Below, piece by piece: positions 27,493-41,295 of a stretch of DNA of 64,000 nucleotides. This stretch comes from Haliotis rufescens (Eukaryota): assembly GCF_023055435.1 (NCBI RefSeq), contig NW_025963835.1, positions 32,302,001 through 32,366,000 of the forward strand. The letters are read 5' to 3'. A model generated the notes under the pieces. That model saw only the letters and a program-made list of their open reading frames with translations. It had not been told where the DNA came from and did no database searches. Position 1 is the stretch's first letter. Each line of letters opens with the position of its first letter. The translations under genes and the position numbers were made by a program.

Positions 27493-28003
27493 ATATATAC
27501 AACATACGGATGTGTTTGAAGTATTATGTTTTGTGTGATCAAAGAACAAGACATATTCATCTAAATGTTAACCTGATGCATTTCAAAGCAAGAAAAATAT
27601 ACTGGTTGGTTCAGTGCATGTATTCTTCATATGAAACATAACTCAAACTTGAAATCAAATTAAATTCATCGTCAACGTAAACTATATTACATTATAGATG
27701 CATTTTCTTAAATGGAAATCAAAACATTGTCCTGCCTTACTTCGAAGTACAAATGTTGAGAATGTCAAAAAATATACGCTCGACTTTACAAATAATGTTT
27801 ATATTTACATGACAAGTTGAAGCCAAGTGGACATCTACATTCACTGTATATTAGACTGGACCTATGTTATACCCGAATTTGCAATATCATGATAGTGTTG
27901 TACGAAGCGCTTTTGGTCATTGTTCATAGTTTTGTCCATGAGAATGAAAGCAAAACGGTCATTGAATCTGGTTAAATATTTTCGTACAGTTTATGCATAA
28001 TTT

Positions 28004-28317
28004 NNNNNNNNNNNNNNNNNNNNNNNNNNNNNNNNNNNNNNNNNNNNNNNNNNNNNNNNNNNNNNNNNNNNNNNNNNNNNNNNNNNNNNNNNNNNNNNNN
28101 NNNNNNNNNNNNNNNNNNNNNNNNNNNNNNNNGNNNNNNNNNNNNNNNNNNNNNNNNNNNNNNNNNNNNNNNNNNNNNNNNNNNNNNNNNNNNNNNNNNN
28201 NNNNNNNNNNNNNNNNNNNNNNNNNNNNNNNNNNNNNNNNNNNNNNNNNNNNNNNNNNNNNNNNNNNNNNNNNNNNNNNNNNNNNNNNNNNNNNNNNNNN
28301 NNNNNNNNNNNNNNNNN
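28004..28317. other. Assembly gap (a single G inside, at 28133)
   Basis: N characters. Confidence 1.
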
Positions 28318-31027
28318 GGAGTGTTCAATCTTGCGGTTTGATACCCAGTGTATGGAACTTGTCATGTAATGATTGAATACCTGACAAGTCTTCATATCGT
28401 TCTTCCATTATTTTTGTATTTTTCAACATGTACTTAAATAAACGCATGCAAAAACAAAAAGCGCGGTACGTGTATATGTCATTAAAAATTCGCTGAGGGT
28501 CTAGATTTATAAAATATGGCGTCGAAAAAATAGAACTAAGATCATATGGCACGCTATCGCAAAGCAAACAGGTGATGTTTGTAGATAGATTACAAAGCAC
28601 ACATTGTTGTTTTCAGCTTGATGTGGTATTTCAATGCCCCCCTTCTGTTAATTGGTTCCCAAATTTCAAATGAAACACATTTCTCCAAAAGGCAGAAATG
28701 CTTAAATAATTTCATCATCCTGCTTCTCAATTGTAAAAATATAACATGAATATTTTCACATAATCGAATAACTAAAAACAGTATTATTGATTTAATATAA
28801 ATTATATATATATGTATATCATAATTTAACACGTGGGAAATACACTACAATTGTCTCATCATAACTAAAATAATTTTACGATTGATCAAAACGACAAGTA
28901 TTTCAGTAAACTACTGGGTAAAGGTTTATCTCATTTCTGATCAAGTTCTTTGTAAACAGTGTTCAGTGAATGTTTACCTGTGCAAGATTTTAAGTATTTC
29001 AACTGTTATATACGTATAATTATTATTATATAATTAACATTTCTAGTGAATATAATACATACAAAGCTCCCACATCACTGCAGCGATCTCAATGCTGACT
29101 TCTACTTCCCCTTTCCCTCGAAGTACATATTACTCATTCTACAAACGAACTCTGTTAATAGAAATATGAAATTAAGGAATTCTCCTAAATTTAGAAATAA
29201 TTCTTTTTTGACGATTAGGAAATCTTCATGATATCCGCTTTTCGATTAATATGTCTGTTCACAAATACATGATGGCAATGAAACGAACGTGTGATCAAAT
29301 CTTATATTACAATTATGCACATATTTGATATTGGTGTTATTAAGCCTGATGTGTATACATTTAATTGATGTCAATGACTAAAAATTCCTGTCAGGAGAGG
29401 TTCTGAAAATTGAATCACCTTTGTCCTATCCTGGTGGTTTTTAAAAAAAATATATGTTTAAACTAACATTTCTTGAAGCTTCGCGAACAACTAATTTATT
29501 TAGCTGAGCGTGACCTCCTGTCGATGATACTGGCAGTAGAAAGGGTTACATTTCCCGAAATCAAATCTGAAAATTCAAACACCCAAAATCGCTTACCACT
29601 ATGACAATATCATATTCGTCCCAATCAAAATTATATGATTTGATCAGATATTTATCCATAATCGAACAATATTGCAAAGGAAGGCTGTCAACAATAAAAA
29701 CGTTTTTGTTTGGGGCCAAGCATCGACACAACTCTCGCGACGGCTCCATTGACATCAGATAATCCGCCCGCTTAAAACTCCCCCGTCCTAGTAGATTAAT
29801 TTGACTGGATAATAGACCATGTTCAGTGACCGTGCGTTTGACAAACAACACAACCCGTCAGTAGATTCCCAGGACACTGTGCCCAGCCAACCGGGGGAGA
29901 TTTCTCTACAACCGTGAAGATTATCACGTCAGATAGATTGCCCATTTAGCAGTGTTGGGGATGGGAGCAGTGAAGTACGCTGCATTGCTGGACATGCTTG
30001 AAAATCACTAAGAAGAATTAATTTGATTTGATACTGTATGAACCTGGTATGTGAGTTTGGATAAAAAAAATAGGTTCAAGTTTGGTTCTTTTTGCTATTA
30101 GTTTGCAACGAGATTTTTCCTCTTCTAGAAGAAGACACAGCATTGTTTAATGCAACAGTTTATAGAAATAGTTTTGTTTCAGCATTAAAGCAACCGATAC
30201 ATCTACAATTATCAATTTGACTTCAAAATGCTTCAAAGCAGCGAAATAAACTTTTCTATAAATACCATTATTAAACTATAAAGTCTATTTATTCATTCAT
30301 TTTTTGTTTCTAATTTAGCATTTCTGTCTTCGATTCAAATCTTTTACATTAATATATTATGTTTGTTTATTTATGTGCCATCATTTCGTGTCATCATTTA
30401 TGTGAATATTAAGCATAGCGTGTCGCCTCTGTTGAGTGACAGTTGCGTTTGATAATTCTTAGCATTTGCTTCACGTTACATATTTGTCCTCATTTTTAAA
30501 AAAATACTACCGCTCATACGTAATGGAAAAGGCGGGTATTGAGAGAGACGTGTCCTACATCCATTCACCCCTTGTGTCATCCCCCTAGTTGCAGATGTAG
30601 GAGAGAGATGCACGTGATGACGTCATACTCATCTCATTATACGCCTGGAAAAAGGTTAAGCACCAGCACTCGTTTATCTTCACATATTTAAACTGTGTGA
30701 AATTTTTTAGAAATATGTACACATGGAATTGATAGCATCTTGATACATGTCTAAGATACCACGGATACATAGAAAGTTGGTACAAGAACGATGTATCATA
30801 TGTTAATGTAGATGGTCGCAAGCACTGGGTCGTATCATGCCATGCAAGAAACAGACAAACTAGAGAAAGGGTTGTCAAATCATTATTACACAACATGCAA
30901 TTACAAAATATAATCAGTTTCTATATCTATCTCAAATCTATCACTTTGTAAACAAAAACAATATTTTTTGTGATATTATTAAACAGGAAACTATTTTTTA
31001 TAAATGACATTATGGAAATACACGAAG

Positions 31028-31258
31028 ACTGCCTGGGAAAAGAAAGTATACACCCATGTTTGATGGTGGCTAAAATGGAACAAACAAGAAACTGTTATTG
31101 GATGGTGATGTATTTAATGCGGGCATCATAGTTGTTTTTTGGATGTTTATGTTGCAGTGTTCCGGCGACTGTTTTCAGCCTGGTAACATTTTGATAACGT
31201 TTATAATTGTTTGGTCTGCTCAAATTTTCAAGTGTATACTTTCTTTTGCTCAGCAGTG
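31028..31258. mobile_element. Non-autonomous Tc1/mariner-type element (MITE)
   Basis: Ends ACTGCCTGGGAAAAGAAAGTATACAC ... GTGTATACTTTCTTTTGCTCAGCAGTG|TA; left about 100 bp homologous to 62927-63030. Confidence 0.8.
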
Positions 31259-32890
31259 TATATAGTAAGAGGTGCTTCACCTTTATCCAGGTGTACATTT
31301 AGCCTGAAACTAATCTGTCGTCGAGGGAGTTCCTGTGAGTTAGTTAGTGTGTGAGTGAGTCTTTCGACACTTTGAGCAGTATGTCAGTTATATAATAGCG
31401 TAACAGCTTGATGCAGGGGGGGGGGGGGGGGGGGGGGACTCAGAACTCAGTATCTACCAGTTTAGCGAAACTGGCAAACGTGGGTGTGGTTATGTTAAAT
31501 CAAGGTCCTTCATCACGACGAGGAAACGGATAAAGAGTAGCAATCCTGCAATGCGAATTACAGTGCATATGGCCACTGTATGTGAAGGTAACCTTCGACT
31601 ACCAAATCCTAAACGGCACGGGTGTAGCTTTATGTATACTAACGACATCATACCAAGTTTAAACAAATATATTGTTTGTTTTGTGAGATCCGTTTAATCA
31701 AGATGTTGTACTGATAACATGGGCAGGTGTATATAGACCACATGTTTCTTTAGATCTACCAGCCTTTTAGTGTGACTCAATGATTATATTTCAACCCGGC
31801 GAAATTGGAATGAATAGCATTCTATACATGTGGCATACCTTACAAATGTGTAGCGTACCATACATAAAAATATAATTTATGTTATGCTAGGGAACATCAG
31901 ACCCTTCTTTGAATTACATACATTGTTACATAATTTACTTGCTTTGGTGCAAACTTCAAAGGTACAATTAACCTGGGTGTATATTCGAGAAAACCTTTCA
32001 GGTATGACTGAAAATGTATGAGTAAATAAATTTCAATCCCATTTATGACTTCAGAATGTTTGATTAATATATCCACTGCTGTGATATCAAAGAAACAGAA
32101 TGAATAAACTGAGGACATTTTGTGGCAAAAAAATCTAAACGCCAAGATGCGTGGATTAGAACGAATAATGCTCAGTTGATTTTGTGACATGAAAGGAAAT
32201 ACAAACAAACAGAACTGACGAAACAAACCAGTACATACCCTTGAAGTTTTTGAAGAGAAATGAAAACAATATGAATGCTGAATATTAAATTTATATCACG
32301 AGATGAACTTTATGTAGGACTGTGAACCCTGTTTAGTTATTCGCTACATTTTAAATTAGACATGCTCTTATTAAGAACCTCCATTGTTTTTCTACCTAAC
32401 GTACTTTTAAAAAAAATACCTTATACTGCAATAAAGGTAACAATACATATTATTTGGTGTCATATCTGGTGTGAAGCAGGGGCGTTACCTTTGTCCGTGT
32501 CTTTTGGCAACCGCGACTATTCCCAAACTCACTTCACCCGAGAATAACTAAAACCTAATAAACTCCCTCCCGAAAAATGACTGACATGGATTTAGTAGAA
32601 ATATGTCGACCTTTGTTACTGCGGTTCAAAATAAAGTCATTCTCGGCGTTGTTCCTTTCACCTGAATCGCTGCCTTATTACAATAATCGGATTATAGAGA
32701 TTGGGTTTTTAGAAAACCTGGCGTCGGACAAAACGTCAGCTGACCACGACTAAATTTCTAGAATTCTTAAACCATGATTTGCATAATTGAAATGTTGAAT
32801 GTTTATTTAAATATTTTAATTTCAATCGGCCTCGATTATCCGACGAAACAGATTCCATTGGGCTTAAAAGGTAAAATAGCGGTGAAAATG

Positions 32891-32980
32891 ATATGAATGG
32901 ATAACTGAAAATCAGTGATGACACCAGGCGTTCGCGAAACGGGTAAGGATGCCGCCTGCACTGCCGGTAGCACCGGGTAT
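32891..32980. mobile_element. Dispersed repeat fragment (second copy at 49221-49281 and beyond)
   Basis: ATATGAATGGAT..ACTG...ATGACACCAGG(C/T)GTTCGCGAAA...CCGG(T/C)AGCACC shared. Confidence 0.65.
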
Positions 32981-33842
32981 GTTTGAATAGAAATGAATTT
33001 GTATGTCGACGTGGTTTCGTCCTGCTTTTATTTGGAATTGTTACTACAGATCAATGTCTGGGCTATTTTCGCTGGTGTAGATGTGTTTCACTTGGGTGAT
33101 GACAAAACAAGATGCAGAGCCGACGATAAAAAGTGCACGAGGATTCAAGTTAAATTACACATTATACAAACACAAAAGAAACATGGGGGTCATTAACGCT
33201 GAAAAATCGAAAAATCAAACAGGGTATGCGTGGGGTCGCAAATATTGACGATGAACGCACCGCAATCAGCTGCCTGACTAAACAAACCTGCAAATGTTTA
33301 AGGGAAACGTACGAGATAGCACAGACAATTGCTCTGAAGTTCGTTCCAGAGCTGGCTATATGTACCATCCACAAAGCGGAACGTCACAATAATATTGACA
33401 GTAGAGAAAATTATCCAAACTTTACGGACACTGCATCGTAACGCATGACGAACGTTGCCTTGCTTTGTGGAAGACCACTCATTCGAGGAGACTCTATGAT
33501 ATCAATTCATCACTTAACTTTATAATGTAAAATGCATGTCCCATCGTGACAGCCTAACGTATTACACTGGTGGTTATGTCATTAAGAATGACAAAGCCCA
33601 AGTATGAATGAGTTGTTTATAATACATGATGCAACTAAAACAACACTACATAAATACACAGTTTCAACATCCGTCCGCCACCAGCAGTTAAAGAGATCCT
33701 GATTTAGTTCACATCTGATTCTTCATCGGAGCGGCTCCACGCAAAAACAATCATTTTTGTCAATCAAGGCATTTAGTTTCACCTTTATTTGAAATTAAGA
33801 CACAGAAAGACATACGAAAACAAGAGATAAAATCATTTATAG

Positions 33843-34759
33843 CTCAGCTTTCTCCTAGTTCGCCTGATGCTGAAGAAACGTGCAGCCCAGCGGTGAGACG
33901 AGGAAGGCGATCGCCAGGACGCTTCTCAGAAAACACCCTGCGAGAAAGTTAAGAACTTGAGTATCTGATAATATCCTGACAAGCATATTTGTTTATTTAT
34001 CTGGATGTATATTTTTCTCGTATAGCACCTCGCTCGCACCAGACTTGGAACAGGAGTTCCCCAATCGCCGAAGCAACGCAACCGATCTGCTCGATTCACG
34101 GAAGGAGTCCACCTGTCTCCCGGCTTTCGTGTTTTACATGACAAAATTCTGTTTCTTCCGCTCAGGGAAACGGTGGAAAAAATGTGTGTGAGAGAAGACA
34201 GAACATTTGTCATGTCAAACAGCTAAGGATAATAGCTTTTGTTCCTGTATGTCTGAGACAGACGCCTCTAGGGTGTGCGGAGCACATGTTGGCTAAAGGC
34301 TGTTGGTCGTACTGGCGATATGTATTTGTAACACGTGATGAGATAGCGTTGTTTAATCAGTGGTTTGGTTGCAATTGCTATCGCAATCTGATATCGTTCC
34401 AATAAAACATCTAACATTAGAAAATTTGTCAAAAGTTTTTTTGAGTGTATTTTTTATTTTGGGTAATTTTTCGGTGATGTGGCAAGTTCTTGTTTGTTAC
34501 GGATCCACAAGAATTGTTCACTAACAAAAACACCCTGAAATCGGATTCAAAGGAAGGCCGTGAAAGTATGATGCTGGTAAGTTTTGTGTCAGGCGGTGTC
34601 ATCATCATCATCATCATCATCACAAGAATTGTTCACTTACAAAAACACCCTGAAATCGGATTCAAAGGAAGGCCGTGAAAGTATGATGCTGGTAAGCTTT
34701 GTGTCAGGCGGTGTCATCATCATCATCATCATCATCATCATATTTATTTGATATGAACC

Positions 34760-34794
<35 letters not shown>

Positions 34795-34990
34795 CCTGAT
34801 ATGAACTTTATGTGTTGTGTGTTTGTCTTAAGAGGCGACGTGAACGAGGAGCCGGTATTGCTCAACCCAGCTGCCTGTGTCCCCTTGGAAGTGGCACCCG
34901 GTGTCGTATCGCTGCAACGTCCCCGACTGCGACGTCGACAAATATTACCTCACTTGGGAACTACAGAGCTCCTTGGAGTGCTGTCCCTTC
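33843..34990 (+). pseudogene. Possible decayed multi-exon coding fragments
   Basis: GC-richer blocks after pyrimidine/AG acceptors (33842, 34025, 34830), a CTG|GTAAG donor, and YRCNVPDCDVDKYY (CxxxxC); stops and frameshifts present. Confidence 0.25.
34506..34742. repeat. 115-bp tandem duplication, each unit ending in (CAT)n
   Basis: CACAAGAATTGTTCAC at 34506 and 34621. Confidence 0.95.
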
Positions 34991-35261
34991 TATCTCAGCC
35001 ATGTTCTCTCTGGGTATTGGAGATGTTCTATTGCTTATGAAACTTACGTAGTATGTTTAAATCATACACGTTTAGATATATGAACGTGACTGGTAGCAGA
35101 TACTGATTTGTACATCACATAATCAAGTTTTGCTTAGTTGTTCCAATAGTGAGATAATATACTCTAGGAGTAAGGTTATGAGCGAATGTGTGAGTGAGTG
35201 CATGAGACTGACGTATGCAGCCGTCACGTTCTGTAATATATGTGGGGTTGAAGTTCTGAAG

Positions 35262-35915
35262 TTGAGATTGAAGGGTGGAGCCACCACGTTCTGCACTTGT
35301 GGCCCAAGACGCTTGTAGCTTTTATACAACTGATGACTGACTGCAACGTGGACTCATTGGAGACTGTACTTGTGCCTGAAGCATGGAGCCATCACGTTCT
35401 GGGGCCATTTTCCCAGATTGATTGATGGAGCCACCACGTTCCTCGCTTGTTTCCACAGCTTGAAGCATTGAGCCATCACGTTTGTAGCTGTACCAGTGGC
35501 CGGACGTTAAAGCATGGAGCCACCACGTTTGTAGCTGTACCAGTGGCCGGAAGTTAAAGCTTGGAGCCATCACGTTTGTAGCTGTACCAGTGGCCGGAAG
35601 TTAAAGCTTGGAGCCACCACGTTTGTAGCTGTACCTGTGACCAGAAGTTGAAGCATGGAGCCACCACGTTTGTAGCTGTACCATTGGCCAGAGATGGAAG
35701 CTTGGAGCCATAACGTTTGTAGCTGCATCAGTGGCCAAAAGTTAAAGCTTGGAGCCATAACGTTTGCAGCTGTACCAGTGGCCAGAAGTTTAAGCATGGA
35801 ACAATCACGTGTGTAGCCGTACCAGTGGCCAGAAGTTTAAGCATGGAACAATCACGTTTGTAGCTGTACCAGTTGTCAGAAGTTGAAGCTTGGAGCCACC
35901 ACGTTTGTAGCTGCA
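35262..35915. repeat. 47-bp minisatellite (GGAGCCACCACGTTTGTAGCTGTACCAGTGGCCAGAAGTTGAAGCAT)n
   Basis: 47-bp phase (35471, 35518 ...); degenerate left part. Confidence 0.93.
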
Positions 35916-36162
35916 GTTTTGCCACATATTGAAGCACCACACTCGTGGCAGGCAAAAACTGAGACATGACGATGCTGTCAATAGTGTAGCATGACGTTTG
36001 TACAGTTGTTGTCGACTGCACAAAAAACCCACTGCTTATTTACTCATAGTATTATCTTTGGCGTGTGCTGATGTGAGATCCTATCTAGGTTAAAGGTTAC
36101 CCATCTTAAGTTGCTGTAGTAGTGTTGTGTAACAATGTCTAAGGTTCGCCGGAGTTCGAAAC

Positions 36163-36274
36163 CAGTGCCTCTTTTCACAAAGCGATCTTAGAGACACGAC
36201 TGTCATAAGTCAATGTTAAAGTAAGGAGGCAAGATCGCCTTAGCGCTCGCATCGTTATGTGGAATGGCGCCCTG
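36163..36274. mobile_element. Degenerate short MITE; related fragment at about 8479-8540
   Basis: Imperfect inverted ends CAGTGCCTCTTTTCACAAAGCGAT / ATCGTTATGTGGAATGGCGCCCTG. Confidence 0.5.
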
Positions 36275-39069
36275 TAAGAGACATTTTTTAAACAGAAATA
36301 TCTTTGACAATTTTCAGACACGATGGTAGAAAATGTCAGACGTACACATTTTTAACAACTTTTATCTGCAAATGAAGTTCTTAAAACCCATTTCCCTTCA
36401 TATTGTGATCCAAATGGGTCTAAACCTAGGATACACGTACAATTACAACTCTGGGTAATAAAATAGGTTATGGAGTATCAAATGATATGATTGATACATT
36501 CCAACTACTGTTTCCACGATGTATGGGGATTTGAACTAGTGTAATTGGGAGTCAACTTGATATTCATCAGATTTGTCTTCAACGTCTAATGAATGCTAAT
36601 TAGTGTCGAAGATTATTTCAAATAAATTGATGGCACGGCATTATATTGTCCCAACTTGTAATTCACAATTCTGTTCATGGTTTATAAAGCGTTTTCGGTT
36701 AAAAACGAACATGTTTAATAAAGCATACTTTTTGAAGAGTTTTTGCCGGAGATTTTGTGAACAGCAACGCTGTTTGTAGCTGAACATTTTGGGTGTAATT
36801 ATTGACAAATGGTAATTGGTATCACACTGGGGTTAGGTCCTTCACTTAAACAGCTTTCCTCTTCCCTCTGTCCCACATGTCACATCGTCCAGAGATCCAT
36901 AAATTCTACGCCCTGTCGAACCTCCTCAATAGTCCGCCATGTTGTGTCACTCCGCCTCACTGACCTCATCACGCACTATGAATATTCTCTATATTGATCG
37001 TTCCACGAGCCGATCATCTCGCAATATAGCGCTGCTTTAATGTGATTTTCATTTAGATCCGCGATTTGTCCCCAATCGAAGAATGCAGAGCCCTAAAATC
37101 TCCAAAGGATTGGAAGAAATCTGGACTGGAGCCCCTCGCAAAATCTCATGCAATGGCGTAAATCTCGCACTACCGGAGGAGGATTTGAGAGTTGAACCCG
37201 GTGTTTTTGACATTTGGCCTACTCGAGAACTCTTGGACTCGTTGTTGGGAGTTAGTTCTGGGGAATATTTTTTTTGTGAATCTGAAAGTTCTTTTCACGA
37301 ACATTAGCATCTGTAGTTTCAGCCCTTCCAGAGATTGTTTTCGCTGACTTCAAGATGAAATTCTTTATATGATCTTTATCTTACAATGAACTACATGTAA
37401 CTGTATATAATTATGTTTATATCACACAGTGCTCTCTTTAATAAATATTATATATATAATCACAGTTTAATAAACCATTGTTTTCTTTTTGTGGCCAACT
37501 TATGAAGGTGAGATGCTGATATGAAAATCCATCATGATCATGTTGATGATGATGATGAGGAGGAGGATCATCATCATCATCCCAAGCGAAGATCTGAGTG
37601 GGAAGTTTAATTTTACCCCTTTTGTTGAAAAACAAACCAACACTCTCATTTACAGAATAAATTCAAATTTTCAAAACAAGAATGATATTCAACGGATATT
37701 TGACAGAAATCTCTTCCAGTTCAAAGATTAGATTATTCATGTCTCTTTGACATTTGAAGTAGACATTGTATCAATGAATACGTTCAAGAATCATAAATTC
37801 CAGTCGTTCCTCTTCTTCTCATAAATAATCAAAACAAACAACAATCATCAGCAGCACTACATAAGAGACAAAGAACTGGTTGAAGTAAATGATATAATAA
37901 CCTATAACCACTATACATCACCCCAAACTGGCTTCCACAGGAGATATAGCTACAACGAATTCTGTCACAATGCTTTGCAGACCATTGTAACGTCACTGGT
38001 TACCATGACGTCACAATCAAATGACATTACTAGATCTTGGCTAGTGAAGCCGGCTAGCTGTACGTACTCTCTATACACTGGTTATCACTATTTAGAAACA
38101 GAAAAGTTTAAAGATTGATTTTGGATGATAAATATAATCTCACCCTTGTGTCCTCCTATGTCAAATATATCGACACTCGCCAAGCCCCGGAGTTTGAAGC
38201 TTCTATCGACTCGTGTAGATATATTTGATATCAAGCTAAACTGTGGTGAGGTTCTCTGTTTTGCTACTTCAGGGTTTAACCCCGACATGCAGCTTATTTA
38301 CGAAACATCAAACAGCGACCCTAGATTGAGCAGGAAACAATAGAAATACCATGCAAGACCACGGATGGCAGCAACCATTGTGTGACTTCATTAACAGACC
38401 TGAATGGTTCGTACGCTTAATTTGAGGAGGAAATGCGGCAAGGACAACAGCAAGGATTCCTGGACTCTGATGTTTTTACCGGTTTTTCTTTCTTGGTTTT
38501 GATACTATTTTTGTTAAGCATCCTAATCTGTTTAAGGAAAGTTGATACTTCTCTCAGTAATCCACAATCTCAAGCTCACAGTCTTGGTTACGAGCTGCGA
38601 AATCTCACAAATAACAACATTCAAATATTAAAATACAAATTTAAAAAAACATCAATATGGTATCTCCGGCGTCAGTACGTTCAGCGCAGGCCATGCGGTG
38701 TATAGTTCATTCATGAACCATCGATTAAACAGTGTAAGCAGTATTTTTTCTGAATTGCAATTAGCGTTGTTTTGTTTGCTTTATGTGGACAAAATCTTCG
38801 CTTACGGTTGATTAACCCTGAGTTGTGATCGGTTTTCCGTCAGTACTGCCCAGTCAGTGGCGTGTAGAGATAGCTGGGGAAATCTCACCCTCAAACTCCG
38901 AGAATGAATTCAGTCGGCGTTTACCACAATGCATCGTTCCCGTCCGTGCTGGTTAAAGATAAGCCTGGCAGTTCTACCCCTCAATGGTGCTTTCAAACAT
39001 CGGAAATCACCGTACCGTATTATACGAAAACTAAACTCGTTCCCAAAATACAACGGTGCTGTGCAAAGT

Positions 39070-39277
39070 TGGGTCCCTTAGGCGTGCCGGAAACCAATGA
39101 TTGTGGGTTTGAATCCCGGATCGACCCGACTTTGATTAGTACCATACCCGTGCTCGTGGGTTTCACGAAAGTGTTAAACGGCTTACACCTGCATCCTTCA
39201 GACTTTCCTCCCACTTCAAGCTGAGAAGCCGTGATAGAAGTGGAATACTGTTCAAATCGGCGTTAAACCCATTTACA
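39070..39277 (+). mobile_element. tRNA-derived SINE family C
   Basis: B-box GGGTTTGAATCCC, body ACCATACCCGTGCTCGTGGGTTTCAC, tail GGAATACTGTTCAAATCGGCGTTAAACCC; homologs at 53960-54340 and 59735-60615. Confidence 0.8.
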
Positions 39278-40879
39278 GTTACCATTTGTTGTTTTTGCTT
39301 GTATTGTTTTGTTTTGAATAATCATGATCCAACGCAACTGCCATAAGGTTATAAACTGAGGTCAAACGAAACTATACCGCTCTGTTGATTAAGTCATGTT
39401 TGATGTTCAGTTGAAAATATCTTAAGATATTATACCCAAAATATGAACAGTACTGGAGTTTAGTCAGCACTCAAAGGATACTTCTTTATGATGTTATTTT
39501 TTAAATATAATTCTATTTAAAACTTGTTTAAGAAATTAAAAATCGCACAAAATACAACTGCTAGTGCGTATACTGGACATCCTATCTTTGAAAATCAATA
39601 GATTTTCTTTTTTACAAGTTTACAACATTTAAAAAAAATGGTTGTGGTCAGAGAGATTACAAATTCATTTCTTACCCCAGTCGTCATTGAACCAGTTTAT
39701 TTTTACACAAAATGACCAAGCCAGATAACTTTTTACAAACTGTTGCAGGATTGAGTGAAGTTTAAATAGAAATCATTATCAAGTTGAACAAACGTTCTTT
39801 CAAATTTTAATTACAATAAAAACAAACTAGGTTTACTTTCTTTTGCCCCTTACCTTAGTTAGAACACTTGCAATGTTTGAAGTAACCAACATATGTACCC
39901 AAAATATAGACAGTGTATGTAGACCTTTTCAAGTACACAATCATTCAAAATACTTAGATTGCATTTGGTACTATGACAAAGTAATTATCGGAAAATAATA
40001 ATTACTATTATTTATGTCATATTTCTACCGGGTACCCATTTACAAACTGCATTATCATGCAGTGTAACGCAGCTTCACCAAAAGCACCAAAAGCACCAAA
40101 GATACCTAATCTTTACCATAAACCGTCTTTCAAAGCAAAGTTTTGAAAATCACACACAAGAGTGTGTGTGTGAATGAATGAGTGAGTGAGTGAGACTCAA
40201 CGCCACTTATTCTAGTTATACCACAGCGAGTCCGTTTGCTGTGGGAGAAGTCTCGAAGTGATGAATGCTTGAGATATCTACTTTCACTTTGGTGAAATCC
40301 ACCAGCAAGGGTATGATGCTAACAAACCAAGATTGACAGGGTGGTGCGACAGCTTGATATGGGAGGAAAGGCCGAAGTGAGGCAACACACAACACAAGCT
40401 TTTTGTGACTATTACGGTACGACTGCGTCAGTCTGTGCAGATCAATTATTTCTTATCACTTCACTCCAGTTGACGAAGTATCGACAAAACCCTCAGAATT
40501 CCTCTGCCTGTTCACCCTGATAGCGAGAGCTCAGTCTTTAGACTCGGAATAAATTCATCTCAACCGACCCTATCTCAGCACTCAGTTTTTGTGCCATGTT
40601 TCTGATAATCCAATTTAAGATAAGGTGAAATTTGTGCAGTGTTTGGAACAGCTTGCCGGGGTGTCCTCCAGGACAGCCATAACCTCTCGCTCTCCTCCTC
40701 AAGCAGGAAACACAGGTTTCATTCAGTCGCTCCTATCACTGCATTTTATGGACACATCTGATATTAAAGCATTGGATCGTTTCATTCCAAATTTTATTCT
40801 GCAAATGTTCAACTTTATAACATGGCTTTGTATAATAGGTTTAAGTAATGTGTACTCTCGTACGTACAGGTTTAAGTGT

Positions 40880-41295
40880 AAAATAGAACAGTTTCAAGGG
40901 CAGAATAGTACGGATTCGAGGGTAGATGGTACATTTTCAAGGGTAGACTAGTACAGATTCAGGGATAGACTAGAACAGATTCAAGGGTAGACTAGTACAG
41001 ATTCAGGGATAGACTAGAACAGGTTTAAGGGAAGATCGTACAGATTAAAGGGTAGATGATACAGATTCAAGGGATAAATGTTACAGATTCCGGGGTCGAC
41101 TAGAACAGGTTTAAGGGTAGATGGTACAGATTCAAGGGTAAATGATACAGATTCAAAGGATGAATTGTACAGATTCCGGGGTAGACTAGAACAGGTTTAA
41201 GGGTAGATGGTACAGATTCAATGGTAAATGATACAGATTCAAGGGATGAATTCTACAGATTCCGGGGTAGACTAGAACAGGTTCAAGGGTAGAGT
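40880..41295. repeat. Degenerate 21-23-bp minisatellite (CAGATTCAAGGGTAGACTAGTA)n
   Basis: Direct periodicity. Confidence 0.9.
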
